A DNA stretch of 64,000 bases from Heterodontus francisci (GCF_036365525.1 NC_090395.1:71253232-71317231); one strand, 5' to 3'. Shown: positions 37,978-52,357, counted from the stretch's first letter. Numbers and translations: made by a program. The notes: a model not told the origin generated them from the letters alone.

Positions 37978-40510
37978 ATCATAGAATCATAGAACGGTAA
38001 CTGCACAGAAGGAAGCCTTTCTTCATGTCATGTTGTTGTCGACTGTCTGTAAGAGCTGCTCAGCGAGTCCAACTCCCTTTTCTATTCCCTGTAGCCTTGC
38101 AAATTTTTTCTGTTCAGGTAACTATCCAAGTCCCCTTTGAAAGCCGCGATTGAATCTGTCTCACAGAAGCACGGAATCACAGAATAATACAGTGCAGAAG
38201 AGGTCCTTCGGCCCTTCGCCCCATCGAGTCTGCACCGATGCATTAAAACACCTGACCTGTCTACCTAATCCCTTTTGCGCTTGGCCCATAGCCTTAAATG
38301 TTATGACGTGCCAAGTGCTCATCCAGGTACTTTTTTAAAGGATGTGAGGCAACCTGCATCTACCACCTTCCCAGGCAGGGCATTCCAGACCGTCACCACC
38401 CTCTGGGTAAAAAAGTTCTTCCTCAAGTCGCCCTTAAACCTCCCGCCCCTCACCTTAAACTTGTGACCCCTCGTAACTGACCCTTCAACTAAGGGGAACA
38501 GCTGCTCCCTATCCACCCTGTCCATGCCCCTCATAATCTTGTACACCTCGATCAGATCACCCCTCAGTCTTCTCTGCTCCAGCAAAAACAACCCGAGCAT
38601 ATCCAACCTCTCTTCATAGCTTAAATGTTCCATCCCAGGTAGCATCCTGGTGAATCGCCTCTGCACCCCCTCCAATGCAATCACATCTTTCCTGTAATGT
38701 GGCGATCAGAATTGCACACAGTACTCCAGCTGTGGCCTTACCAAAGTTCTGTACAACTCCAACATGACCTCCCTGCTTTTGTAATCTATGCCTCGATTGA
38801 TAAAGGCAAGTGTCCCATATGCCTTTTTCACCACCCTATTTACCTGCCCTACTGCCTTCAGAGATCTATGGACAAACACGCCAAGGTCCCTTTATTCCTC
38901 AGAACTTCCCAGTGTCAGGCCATTCATTGAATACTTCCATGTCACATTACTTCTTCCAAAGTTTATCACCTCACACTTTTCAGCGTTAAATTCCATCTGC
39001 CACTTTTCTGCCCATTTGACCATCCCGTCTATATCTTCCTGTAACTTAAGACACTCCACCTCACTGTTAACCACTCGGTCAATCTTTGTGTCATCCGCGA
39101 ACTTACTGATCCTACCCCCCACATAGTCATCTATGTCGTTCATATAAATGACAAACAATAGGGGACCCAGCACAGATCCCTGTGGTACACCACTGGACAC
39201 TGGCTTCCAGTCACTAAAACAGCCGTCTGTCATCACTCTCTGTCTCCTACAGCTAAGCCAATTTTGAATCCACCTTACCAAGTTACCTTGTATCCCATGT
39301 GCATTTGCTTTCTTGATAAGTCTCCCATGTGGGACCTTGTCAAAGGCTTTGCTGAAATCCATGTAAACTACATCAACTGCACTACCCTCGTCTACACACC
39401 TGGTCACATGCTCAAAAAATTCAATCAAATTTGTTAGGCATGACCTCCCTCTGCCAAAGCCATGCTGACTATTTCATATCAAATTTTGCCTCTCCAAGTG
39501 GAAATAGATTCTCTCCTTCAGAATTTTCTCCAATAGTTTCCCTACCAGTGACGTAAGACTCACTGGTCTGTAGTTCCCTGGCTTATCTCTACAACCTTTC
39601 TTAAATAGTGGGACCACATTAGCTGTTCTCCAGTCCTCTGGCACCTTCCCTGTGGCCAGAGAGGAATTAAAAATTAGGGTCAGAGCCTCTGCAATCTCCA
39701 CCCTCGCCTCCCACAGCATCCTGGGACATAAATCGTACAGATCTGGAGATTTGTCCACTTTTAAGCCTTCCAAAACCTCCAATATCTTGTCACTCCCTAT
39801 GACAATTTGCTCAAGAACCTCACAGTCTCTCTCTCTCTAAGTTCCATATCTACATCCTCATTCTCTTGGGTGAAGACAGATGTGAAGTATTCATTCAACA
39901 CCCTACCAATGTCCTCTGGCTCTACCCACAAATTTCCCCCTTGGTCCCTAATGGGTCCTACTCTTTCCTTGGTTATCATCTTCCCATTGATATACTTATA
40001 GAATATCTTGGGATTTTTCCTACTTTTACCAGCCAGAGCTTTCTCATATCCCTTCTTTGCTCTCCTAATTGCTTTCTTAAGCTCCAGTTATCACCAGACT
40101 CTCAGACAGTTCTTTCCAGAATGTTGAGAGCAGATTTGATGGAGGTGTTCAAAATTATGAGGGGTCCAGACAGAATAGATAGCGAGAAACTGTTCCCATT
40201 GGTAGAAGAGTCGAGAACCAGAGGTCACCGACTGTAAGTGATCAGGAAAAGAACCAGAGGCGACATGAGAAAAACCTTTTTACGCAAGAATGGGTAGGTT
40301 CTGGAATGCACTGCCTGAGAGTGTGGTGGAGGCAAATTCAATTGTGGCTTTTGAAAGGGAATTGGATAACTATCTGAAGAGAACAGATTTGCAGGGCTAT
40401 GGGGAAAAGGCAAGGGGGTGGAACTAGCTGAGTTGCTCTTGCAGTAAACCAGCATGGACACGATGGGCCGAATGACCACCTGTGTTGCAGCCCTTCTATG
40501 ATTCTATGTT
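37978..40510. mobile_element. CR1 cluster: tail (-), long RT fragment 38162-40088 (-), 3' fragment 40120-40510 (+)
   Basis: VDVVYMDFSKAFDKVPH, GVPQGSVLGPLLF and KFADDTK in ORFs 38319..38684, 38892..39428 and 39474..39782. Confidence 0.92.
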
Positions 40511-41357
40511 CAGCATCTTCTCAAACCCACCTGCTTAGTCTGACCATCTCCTAGAAGAAAATAATAAATCTGCGACCAAGTCAGGAATGGGAATCGTGGC
40601 AGATTTTTTATCTCTCCCTAGTTCAGTGATACTGAGGGCATTGCCCAGCTGACGTCAGCTAGATTAGTACTGAATATCACTGAATATACATTTAAGGGGC
40701 AGAAAGACTACATTTCTACGTGTCTTAGTTCTGTGATCATAGTCTAAGTCAATTTATGTGCATGGGCACATAAAGCGATAGAAAGATTGGTTGGTTTATT
40801 GGCACATTTCCACTGGCTTAAATAGCATTGGCAAAGCTTCACTTTCCAACTCCATTATGGTACATTTCTAAAATGATGATGTGTTGTAAAGATTTAATCA
40901 TGCACTAAATCTATTCTGAGCCCTGATTTGCAAGTTTCCTGTCCAGGGTCTTACTAGTTTGTGCTTTATATCTTACTCACATTGTATCCTGTCTCCCGTC
41001 ATAAGGACTTTGCAATCTGTTCGAGGTACAGGTTAGCAGAAAATAATTGCCATAAGTTCCCTGAGTATTTTCTGCCACCCATTATTTAAAAATTTTGAAT
41101 AAAAAAGTTTTTGCCAAGCATTTATACAGGTCTGGAACTAAGCAGATTGGTAACTGACTGGAGAACCAGGAACATCTGGACCAACAGCAACGTAGGGTCC
41201 CTCTGAAGGAAGAGGATTTGTTTTTGTGGTCTCAACATTGCCCCCTAATTGAAATTAAAACAGAAAGATACAAAGGGAGTATGTCGGGTCACGTGCAAGT
41301 CTAGGAAGACAAGAACAACCTATTTTAAAGGTGCTAAATAAATGATTATTGTTGTTG

Positions 41358-41760
41358 TTGAACAGGAGGAGGCCATTCAGCCCCTCAAACCTATTCTGTC
41401 ATTCAATTCAATCATAACTGGACCATATCTTAACTCCATTTATCTTCCTTGGTTCCATAACCTTTATTACCCTTACCGAACAAAAATCTATCAATCTCTG
41501 ATTTGGAGTTTTCAATTGACCCCCAGACTTAACAGCTTTTTGGGGGAGAGAGTTCCAGATTTTCACTACCATTTCTGTGAAGAAGTGCTTCCTGACATCA
41601 CCCCTGAACAGCCTAGCTCTGATCTTAACATTATGCCCCTTCCTCTGAACTCGCCCCATCAGACAAAATAGATCCCCTCCATCTACCCAATCAAATCTTG
41701 CAACCATCTTAAATACTTCAATTAGATCCACCCTTTGAATCTCTATACTCGAGGGATCAC
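41358..41760 (-). mobile_element. CR1 3' fragment
   Basis: DLIEVFKMV..FRGDVRKHFFTEMVVKIWNSLP peptide. Confidence 0.8.
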
Positions 41761-42280
41761 AGGCCAGAAAACGTATCATAGATGATTCTGCTGTATGATT
41801 CAGTAGGTAAATACACTGCCCAGTTTGACACTGAGGCATACAGGCCAAGTGGGTTCCTGATCCATTTCTCTGCTGAGTTTGCTGGTCTCAACCAAATCAA
41901 TCAATATGGGGCATTCTACCATTGACCACAATGCCTCTAAATTAGGGAGGAAGTGAAAACTAGTGAGGTTCTCTGCTCTATTCACCATCTGGTGGCATAT
42001 GCTGGAAAGTGAACGTTGCATGAGAATAGTCCATGATGCTCCCCATGGTCAACCAGGCATTCAACATACATAGTCCAATATTGCATCTGGATTTTTTGCC
42101 AAGATTTAGCAAGACAGCCAGTGCCCATTCTTACCATGCTGATTTGCAAAATTTGGAATAGTTGGTAATTTTTGTAGTTGGACCCTAATTATGTAGAAAG
42201 CTGAGGCTCAGCGAAAAACAATAGCCTGAAATGTGAAAGTTGAAAATATCTGAACCAAACACAGAATGAAGGAGCACAAA

Positions 42281-43173
42281 AGCCAGTGAGAAAGAGATCT
42301 AGGGTTCCCTTTCGGCCTTCACCTGCTTTTACCGTAACAGGGTTTAATTTTAAACACACCATGTTTTTAGCTCCTCCTTGGTGAATCCTTGTTCATCGCT
42401 TTCCAATTATAAGGCAAAGAAACCAGCACAAACAGGTTTTCTTCGGTTTAAAGAAGAAAAGTTGAAATTTACTAAACTTGAACTTAAACTCTAATTCGGT
42501 TGATGCCTACGGATACACGATGAGCCCAGGCTAGCATGCATACATGATACACACATGCAAATAGAGACAGAAAAAAGCAGAAGAAAAAATAAAGTGAAAA
42601 GTTGGAGTTGAAATATCTGAAGAGTTTTTGTTACGGTTCTTCGAGCTCACTGTACAGTCCTTTATTGCAGATAGATCTTGCTTTTCATTAGGGCCCAGTA
42701 TTCTTCTTAAACCTTGTTCGCTGTAGGAGACTTTTCTTTCTTGGGGTTCATGTGTCTTCAGTGGATTCAGAGGCTTGTGAGGAAGAGATGGGAGCAGACA
42801 GGAGAGATCTTCTCAGTCCAGGAGCAAACAGTCTTTCTCAGTTCAAACTCTCTGGGACTAGTTCAAAAGACCACTGGAACAGCCAGTCAGTCATGTGACC
42901 AGCTGATCCAACCAGTCTTGGCCCCTGTGGATTGCATTACCCCAGCAGGCCCTAGAATGCACTTCTCCACCCCTTCACTGTCCAGTGTGGGTTGAATGTG
43001 TCAGGGAATGGTTCTTTATCTACACAAGCACTGTCTGTTAATATGCAACTATCTTTTCCAGCCATGGCTGATCTGTTTAAAAGTCATTTCCTCACTCTAA
43101 TAACAGTTTAAAATCAATGTTCATGACAAAATTAATGTGCCTCATTCTTGGCAGGTGGGAGCCTCGCATGACA
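42281..43173 (-). mobile_element. Solo LTR (~0.9 kb)
   Basis: Minus strand starts TGTCATG at 43173, and its 3' third is homologous to 1-322. The terminal CA is not preserved. Confidence 0.55.
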
Positions 43174-43474
43174 ATAACCATAGCACCAGGAGAAAAAACT
43201 GAATCATAAAACATCTGTATGGACATACACTAGCCATCTTTCCAACCTTTTGCAGTCATATTTATGATTTAGTGCCATTTAGAGCTGAAAGTTTGAACGT
43301 TTTCATGCCGTGAACTCTCTTACTTGGAGCTACATTAATGCTGCTTTAAGTGCACTTCACTTACAACCATTACAGCTGGCAATGAAAGGAGATTTTCATC
43401 CCATCAGATTAAGTTGGCATTGAGCCCAGGTCCTTTGCCATCCATTCCCTCTCCAAAAATACAGCAGATGAATG

Positions 43475-43680
43475 AGAGCAGGCAAATTGTCCCCGTGTCC
43501 TGGCCAATATTTATCCCACAACCAACATCACTGAAACAGATTATCTTGTCATTATCACGTTACTGCTTATGGGAGCTTGCTGTGCTCAAATTAGCTGCTA
43601 TGTTTCCTACAATAAAACAGTGACTACATTTTAAAGAGTACTTCATGCAAGCTGCTATATAAATGTAAGTCTTTCTTGCT
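43475..43680 (+). mobile_element. Deu-SINE 3' fragment
   Basis: GTGTCCTGGCCAATATTTATCCC..GCTATATAAATGTAAGTCTTT. Confidence 0.75.
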
Positions 43681-44301
43681 TTCCTTCTCTCTCTCTCTCT
43701 ATTTCTGATTTTATCACCAATGCTTCAAATTCTGAGCACAGACCTGAGCTTATAGGCTTTTGCCAACTGATGGACACATAGTTCAATGAAGCAAAGTAGC
43801 CTTTAAAGACTAATTGCCAGCACAGTTCCACTGTCTCATATCAGATGAAAGCCTCAGACAACATTTGAAAATGAAAAATTGCAAGCCTTCTTTAATGGGC
43901 CTGTGTATACAGACATCTTTACAAGGTGCACTCAGCATGCTGACAGCCGTTAGTCTTAGCAGGAATGTTTTCAAAACTGGACAACAGCATTAATGATTTA
44001 AAATCCCAGGCTACAACTGTCTGTGTGCTGCAATGTTATTCACTTCATCCATTTGACCTGACACACAGCTGTTTATAGACCACAGTGAGGCCCTCCACTA
44101 TTTCCAGTCTGTGACAATCATTGTTAGGTCTAGCATTGAGAAACTCGGGGTCCATTTGCACTTACATGTTCAATATTCAGGATAGTAATACAGGGTTCAG
44201 AAAATGTTGGTGCATTGAAACCCCAAATGTCTTTTACAGTCAGTTGCACCGCGTTAACAGAAAAGAAACAGGCCATTTGGCCCAACTGGTCCGTGCTGGT
44301 G

Positions 44302-47300
44302 TTTTTTTTGATTCGGTCGTGGGATGTGGGCATTGCTGAATAGGCCAGAATTTATTGCCCATCCGTAATTGCCCTTGAGAAGGTGGTGGTGAGCTGCCTT
44401 CTTGAAGCGCTGCAGTCCTTAGGGTGTAGGTACACTCACAGTGCTGTTAGGAAGGGAGTTCCAGGATTTTGACCCAACGACAGTGAAGGAACAGCGATAT
44501 AGTTCCAAGTCAGGATGGCATGTGGCGGTGTTCCCATGCATCTGCTGCCCTTGTCCTTCTAGGTGGTAGAGGTCGCGGGTTTGGAAAGTGCTGTCTAAGG
44601 GGCGTTGGTGCGTTGCTGCAGTGCATCTTGTAGATGGTACACACTGCTGCCACTGTGCATTGGTGGTGGAGGGAGTGAATTTTGAAGATGGTGGATGGGG
44701 TGCCAATCAAGCGGGCTGCTTTGTCCTAGATGGTGTCGAGCTTCTTGAGTGTTGGAGCTGCACCCATCCAGGAAAGTGGAGAATATTCCATCACACTCCT
44801 GACTTGTGCCTTGTAGATGGTGGACAGGCTTTGGAGAGACAGGAGGTGAGTTACCCGCCGCAGAATTCTCAGCCTCTGACCTGCTCTATTAGCCACGGTA
44901 TTTATGTGGCTGGTCCAGTTCAGTTTCTGGTCAATGGTGACCCCCAGGATGTTGATAGTGGGGAATTCAGTGATGGTAATGCCATTGAACGTCAAGGGGA
45001 GATGGTTAGATTCTCTCCTGCTGGAGATGGTCATTGCCTGGCACTTGTGTCGTGTGAATGTTACTTGCCACTTATCAGCTCAAGCATGGATATTGTCCAG
45101 GTCTTGTTGCATTTCTACACCGACTGCTTCAGTATCTGAGGAGTTGTGACTGGTGCTGAACATTGTGCAATCATCAGCGAACATCCCTAATTCTGACCTT
45201 ATGATGGCAGGAAGGTCATTGATGAAGCAGCTGAAGATGGTTAAGCCTAGGACACGACCCTGAGGAACTCCTGCAGTGATGTCCTGGGATTGAGATGACT
45301 AACCACCAACAACCACAACCATCTTCCTTTGCGTTAGGTATGACTCCAAACAACGGAGAGTTTTCCCCCTGATTCCCATTGACTCTAGTTTTGCTGGGGC
45401 TCTTTGATGCCATACTCAGTCAAATGCTGCCTTGATGTCAAGGGCAGTCACTCTCACCTCACCTCTGGAGTTCAGCCCTTTTGTACATGTTTGGACCAAG
45501 GCTGTAATGAGGTCAGGAGCTGAGTGGCCCTGTCAAAAACCAAACTGGGCGTCAGTGAGCAGGTTATTGCTGAGCTAGTGCCACTTGACGGCACTGTCAA
45601 CAACCCCTTCCATCACTTTGCTGATGATCGAGAGTAGACTGATAGGGTGGTAATTAGCCGGGTTGGATTTGTCATGCTTTTTGTACAGAACATGCCTGGG
45701 CACTTTTTCACATTTTTGGGTAGATGCTAGTGTTGTAGTTGTACTGGAACAGCTTGGCTAGGGGCGTGGCTAGTTCTGGAGCACAGGTCTTCCATACTAT
45801 TTCTGGAATGTTGTCAGGGCCCATAGCCTTTGCAGTATCCAGTGCCTTCAGCCGTTTCTCGATATCACGTGGAGTGAATTGGATTGGCTGAAGACAGGCA
45901 TCTGTGATGCTGGGAACCTCAGGAGGAAGCCGAGATAGATCATCCACTCGGCACTTCTGGCTGAAGATGGACGCAAATGTACTGATGTGCTAGACTCTCC
46001 CATCAATGAGGATGGCGATATTTGTGGAGCCTCCTCCTCCTGTCAGTTGTTGAATTGTCCACCGCCATTCATGACTGGATGTGACAGATCACTGAAAGTG
46101 GCAACGCAGGTGGATCAGGTAGTTAAGAAGGAATACGGCATGCTTGCCTTCATCGGTCAGGGCATAGAGTATAAAAATTGGCAAATCATGCTGCAGCTGT
46201 ACAGAACCTTAGTTAGGCCACACTTGGAATATTGCATACAATTCTGGTCGCCACACTACCAGAAGGATGTGCAGGCTTTGGAGAGGGTGCAGAAGAGGAT
46301 GTTGTTTACCAGGATGTTGCCCGGTCTGGATGGTATTAGCTATGAGGAGAGGTTGGATAAACTCGGATTGTTTTCACTGGAACGACGGAGGTGGAGGGGC
46401 AACATGATAGAGGTTTACAAAGTTATGAGTGGCATGGACAGAGTGGATAGTCAGAGGCTTTTTCCCAGGGTGGAAGAGTCAGTTACTAGGGGACATAGGT
46501 TTAAGGTGTGAGGGGCAAAGTTTAGAGGGGATGTGCGAGGCAAGTTTTTTACACAGAGGGTGATGAGTGCCTGGAACTTGCTGCCCGGGGAGGTGGTGGA
46601 AGCAGGTACAATAGCGACGTTTAAGAAGCATCTTGACAAATACATGAATAGGATGGGAATAGAGGGATATGGTCCCCGGAAGTGCAGAAGGTTTTAGTTT
46701 AGGCAGGCATCAAGATTGGTGCAGGCTTGGAGGGCCGAATGGCCTGTTCCTGTGCTGTACTGTTCTTTGTTCTTTGACTGCAGAGCCGTTGGTTATGGGA
46801 TTGCTAAGCCCTGTCTATCGCATGCTGCTTACGCTGTTTGACATGCAAGAAGTCCTGTGTTGTAGCTTCACCAGGCTGATACCTCATTTTATGTATGCCT
46901 AGTTCTGCTCCTGGCATGCCCTCCTGCACTCTTCATTGAACCAGGGTTGGTCGCCTGGCTTTATGTTAATGGTACAGTGGGGGATAAGCCTGGCCATGAG
47001 GTTACAGATTGTGGTTGAATACAATTCTGCTGCTGCTGATGGCCCACAGTGCCTCATGGATGCCCAGTTTTGAATTGCTAGATCTGTTCGAAATCTATCC
47101 CATTTAGCACAGTGGTAGTGCCTCACAACATGATGGAGGGTATCCTCAGTGTAAAGATGGGACTTTGTCTCCACAAGGACTGTGTGGTGGTCACTCCTAC
47201 CAATACTATCATGTGCACTGCCATGCATCTGCGACAGGTAGATTGGTGAGGACGAGGTCGAGTAGGTTTTTCCGTCTTTTTGGTTCCCTCATCACCTGCC

Positions 47301-48180
47301 GCAGACCCAGTCTAGCAGCTATGTCCTTTCAAATTCAGCCAGCTCAGTCAATAGTGGTGCTACTGAGCCACTCTTGGTGACAGGCATTGAAAACCCCACC
47401 CAGAGTACATTTTGTGCCATTGCTCAGTGCTTCTTCCAATTGGTGTTCAACACAGAGAAGCATTGATTCATCATCTGCAGGAGGGTGGTAGGTGGTTTCC
47501 TTGACCAGGTTTGACATAATGCCATGAGACTTTATGGGGTCAGGAGTCAATATTGAGGATTCCCAGGGTATCTCCCTCCCGACTGTATACCACTGTGCTG
47601 CCATCTGGATAGGACATACCCAGGGATGGTGATGGTGGTATGTGGGACATTGTCTGCAAGGTATGATTCTGCGAGTATGACTATGTCAGGTTGTTGCTTA
47701 ACTAATCTGTGGGACAGCTCTCTCAATTTTGGCACAAGCCCCCAGATGTTAGTAAGGAGGACTTTGCAGGGTCAACAGGGCTGGGTTTGCCATTGTCTTT
47801 TCCGGTGCCTAGGTCAATGCCGGGTGGTCCATCCGGTTTCATTCCTTTTCTTAGGCTTTGTAGTGGTTTGATACAACTGAGTGGCTTGCTAGGCCACTTC
47901 AGAGTCAATCACATTGCTGTGGGTCTGGAGTCACATGTAGGCCAGACCAGGTAAGGGCAGCAGATTTCCTTCCCTAAAGGTGAACCAGATGGGTTTTAAC
48001 AACAAATGACAATGGTTTCATGGTCACCACTAGATTAGCTTTTAATTCCAGATTTTTTATTGATAGAATTCAAATTCCACCATCTGCCGTGTTGGGATTC
48101 AATCCCATGTCCCCAGAGCATTAGCCTTGGGGATCTGAATTATTAGTCTAGTGACATTACCACTATGCCACCACCTCCCC
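44302..48180 (-). mobile_element. Apparently full-length LINE family B (tRNA-like head, APE endonuclease, RT, A tail), degraded
   Basis: APE motifs QQPDIVILAESYL and IGRSDHHTV, linker PWFNEECRRA, RT GPDNIP onward. Head at 48180-48090. A host CR1 tail continues collinearly from 44301 to 48181. Confidence 0.9.
46087..46775 (+). mobile_element. CR1 3' fragment nested in LINE family B
   Basis: LYRTLVRPHLEYCIQFWSPHYQKDV peptide; tail TGTTCTTTGTTCTTTG. Confidence 0.9.
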
Positions 48181-48555
48181 TCTCCATATGAACCTCCTCC
48201 CACTCCTCTTCATTTCACCCCATCAACATAACCTTCTATCCATTCATTCCTCATGTGCTTATCTAGCTTCCACTTAAATGCATCTATAATATTCGCCTCA
48301 ACTACTCCTAGTGGGAGAAAGTTCCACATTCTAACCACTCTCTGGGTAAAGTTTTTCCTGAATTCCCTATTGGATTTATTAGTGACTATCTTATATTTAT
48401 GGTCTCTAGCTTTGTTCTCCTCACAAGTGGAAACATTTTCTCTACATCTATCTTATCAAACTCTTTCATTAACTTAAAGACCTCTATCAGGTCACCTCTC
48501 AGCCTTCTCCTTTCGAGAGAAAAGACCCTCAGTCTGTTCATCACTTCCTGATAGT
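48181..48555 (-). mobile_element. CR1 3' fragment (continuation of 44255-44301)
   Basis: Collinear with the uninterrupted relative at 4850-5110. Confidence 0.75.
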
Positions 48556-50185
48556 TTTGATGGAGAATTTTTCATTTTCCCCTTGCTATTGGAGATACTG
48601 ACTCCTGACTGGGTAAGATTACATTGCTTCCATCTGGTACCTCACCCAAGAGGTCATTCTTAATGCGAGCTTCTAGACGGTGTATGTCAACAAGCTATTT
48701 ATCCATGGCGTGCACTACAGCTGAGCCCGATCCTGCTCTTACCTGATAAGAACAAGTAGAGAGTTTATTAGAGAGTAATCTGGAGCACTTCTTCCCTTCC
48801 CAAACTCAATGATATGGAGACCAAATGTAGGATTCTCTACAACTGGCCAGCTGACGTTAGCTAATGCCGTGTAGATCAGAATTAAACCTGGGAACTTTCC
48901 AGGCATGTGTGGCTCAGTGTCCATTGGATAAATTTTCCTCAGGAGGTTTTTTTCATGCTTTGTAAATACAAAATAATGGAGTCAATAGAGTTTGCTAAGC
49001 CTACCAGTGACATCTAGGGATAAATCTTTAGTACTGCAACAGACATTTTTCAATGCTCATTTTCGAACCATGGATCCTTTCCACACTGACTGATTGGGAT
49101 TTCCATCCTTTGCTGCTTGACATATACCAGACAAAAAAACTGACAAACCCAAAGTAATCTACAGCACGATCCCTTGTTGCATTGCCTCCAAGAAACCAGT
49201 AATTTCCTGATTTATTTCGTTGGTGAGCCCATGTGGTGATTAACTGTGAGGATTAGGCCAAGTGTTAGATTGACCTCTCACGGAATCAAGGGATATGGGG
49301 TGCGGGCGGGAAAGTGGAGTCGAGGCAGAAGATCAGCCATGGTCATATTGAATAGTGGGGCAGGCTCGAGAGGCCTTATGGTCTACTCATGCTCCTATTA
49401 TTTATGTTCTTATGTTCTCAAGCTGCAAACCTATCAAAACCTCGCCCCTGACAGAAAAAGGACCAATCAGGCAGATCTTCACTCAATTATTCATATTTGG
49501 TTTGCTGTAAAGTTACTATGATCGTGTCACTAAAGGAAAATCAATAACAATGGGGCATAAAGTTACTCCAAATTGCAAGATCTACAGGGTACACTGTATT
49601 TACAGCACAGAGCAAGGTAATTCAGTCCAACAGATCTATGCTGGTGTATATGCTCCCACAAACCATCTGGTACAGTGTACGTTAGCCACAGAATAATGTT
49701 TTTGCCACACTGGCCACCTAGGCATCACCAGGTCAGCAACAACGTGAAATTAAATACAGAGTGATATTCCCTCACAGAAGTAGGACCAAGTCAGATACCA
49801 TACACATTAGATACAGACTAAAGCACCCTCTACACTCTTCCATCAAGTAGGACCAAATCAGCTATAGCATAGATTTGATGTAACCTAAAGCTTCCTTTGC
49901 ATGTGATGGAAATAGAAATTTCCCTTTTTATTTCATACGTTACACATGGCTAAGGTCAAAAATAGAGGCTATTAATTATTTGCTAAGTTTTGAAATGGAA
50001 GACAGGAGACAGTGAGTCTGGTAGTAATGAACAATAGCTTGTGTTCAGAACTCAGTTCAGATAATGTCATTTCGAAAAGTGCTGCAGCTGTTTGAAATGT
50101 TGTTGTCTGCAGGTAACTGATGGAAAAGGTCCATGCTTAGCTTCATGTTAGCTGCTGAACTCAAGAGTAAGGCTGCACAAGTTGC

Positions 50186-50340
50186 CTTTTTTAATTCATT
50201 CATGGGATGTGAGTGTGACTGGCTAGGCCAACGTTTATTGCCCATCCCTAATTGCCCTCAAGAAGTTTGTGGTGAGCTGCCTTCTTGAACCGCTGCAGTC
50301 CTTGGCATGTAGGTACACCCACAGTGCTGTTAGGAGGGGA
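50186..50340 (-). mobile_element. LINE family B tail
   Basis: TTTATTGCCCATCCCTAATTGCCCT..GGTGAGCTGCCTTCTTGAACCGCTGCAGTCC. Confidence 0.85.
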
Positions 50341-50689
50341 AATGTTGGTGCATTGATACCTAGATACTTTGACCCCATCCTACAGGCCAGTACTGCCTGC
50401 AAGGTGCAGTCAAGCTTCAGGCCAGAACTGATTGTTACTGTCTCTGCATTCACATGCTCTCTGTGCAAGGTAGCTGCATTTGAGTAATCTCAGTCATTAC
50501 ATGTGTTGAGTGTAGCATGCTTGAGAGAAACAGGTGACTTTAGACCTATGGTTCCCAAAGCTCTCCCCCACTCTGGATTTTGCTCACCTCATGTCTGGGT
50601 CTGGTGTAGACTCATTGATAGAAATTGATTGCTGTGATTAGTCAATAACTCCATTATCATTGTATCATGTGACTACTAGGCTAGTAGAA

Positions 50690-50915
50690 AAAAAAGGACT
50701 TGCATTTATATAGCACTTTTGACAAACAACTGACGTCTCAAAGTGCTCAACATCTAATGTAGTACTCTGAAGTGTAATCATCATTGTAATGTAGGAGATA
50801 CTGCAGCCAATTTTCACACAGCAAGCTCCCACAAACAGCAATGAGATAATGACCAAATAATCTATTTTTGTGCTGTTGATTGAAGGATAAATATTGGCCA
50901 GGACATCGGAGATAA
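50690..50915 (-). mobile_element. Deu-SINE 3' fragment
   Basis: GACTTGCATTTATATAGCAC..AAGCTCCCACAAACAGCAATGAGATAATGACC. Confidence 0.8.
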
Positions 50916-51141
50916 CAAGAAGGACCTTGGTCTTTTATCGTCAAACAATTCCTACGTGTCCTTTCAGCAGACAGCATTGCTCATATCTGCTACTCTACTG
51001 ATTTGCAGAAGGCAGATCTCACAGTAGCTTTGCCATGACCTGCAGAAATAGTAGGTACCATCTTCGTTGCATCTTAGTTGCTGCAGCTAAAAAGGCAACA
51101 CTGGCAACCTCCTTTCATGCAGTACAATCTTGAGCGTGATA

Positions 51142-51660
51142 ACAACAAATTATATTTACATAGCACCTTTGATGTAGTAAAATGAACCATTGTACTACAC
51201 AGGAGCGTTATCAGACAAAATTTGACACCAAGGCAGTGAAATACCAGGACAGATGACCAAAGGCTTGATCAAAGAGGTAGATTTTAAGGAGCATCTTGAA
51301 GGAGGAGAGTGAGGTAGAGAGGCTGAGAGATTTGGGGAAGGAATTCCAGAGCTTAATGTCGCGGTAGCTAAAGGCACGGCCACCAATGGTGAAGCAATCA
51401 AAATTGGGGAAGCACAAGAGGCCAGAATTGGAGGAGCACAAATATCTCAGAGGGCTGTCGGGCTGGAGAAGTTTACAGAGATAGGGACGGGTGAGGCCAC
51501 AGAAGGATTTGAACACAAGAATGAGAATTTTTAAATTGAGGTATTGTTGGACTGGGAGCCAATGTAGGTCAGCGAGCACAGGGGTGACGAGTGAACAGAA
51601 TTTGGTGTGAGTTAGGATATGAACAGCAGAATTTTGGATGAGGTGACATGTTGGATTGAG
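51142..51660 (-). mobile_element. L2 LINE 3' fragment
   Basis: IQNSAVHILT..TPVLADLHWLPV..KILILVFK..GGRAFS..LWNS.P..FK..LK.YLF is a typical L2 ORF2 C-terminus. Confidence 0.88.
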
Positions 51661-52357
51661 GTGGATCTGAAGAACCTTCCATCTGTCCTTCACATCTCAT
51701 AGTAATGTCACTGGGATCTGCTGGTACAGGCTCATTTAGAAGAAGAGCCTCTAATTATGTAACACCTCCTGAAACAAGGTACGTTACTTCTCTCTTCAGA
51801 TAATGCATGGAGTCCCTCTCATCCAGTCTGACCCATCTGAATCCCTTCATATCTCATTTTCCTCCAGACATGTTAGTTCATTGGATCCTTATTGGTAACC
51901 CTCTGGTATTATAAATTGGAGCTGGGACCAAATGCCAAAAAAAAGTCACAAAAGCTCATGAAAAGCTAAATACAGTAGAGAAAAGAAATTACAAGAAAGG
52001 TCTTTAAAAGGCCGGAAACACATCTTTTAACATTTGTGGGCCTGTTGAAGGCCCTCCCACATGAACGTTTGCTTAAAGCCATCTAGCAGTACTCTACTAT
52101 GGATGACTATTTGGCACTAATAATAAATTATTCAAAATATGAAGCAGGAGAAATACCTACAATTACCCGAGAGCGGTAGACTTCACGTTGATTGTAGTTC
52201 TCTAGTTACTGGCCAAGACACTCCTTCTGTACATCTGTAACATTGAAGTTTCTTTAACAGTTGCTTTTATACTTTAATTCCAGGGAGGGACAAGATAGTA
52301 TACTGACAGTGGCTTACAGTCCAATTAATATTTGTTTTAGGCTGATATGCCCTATTA

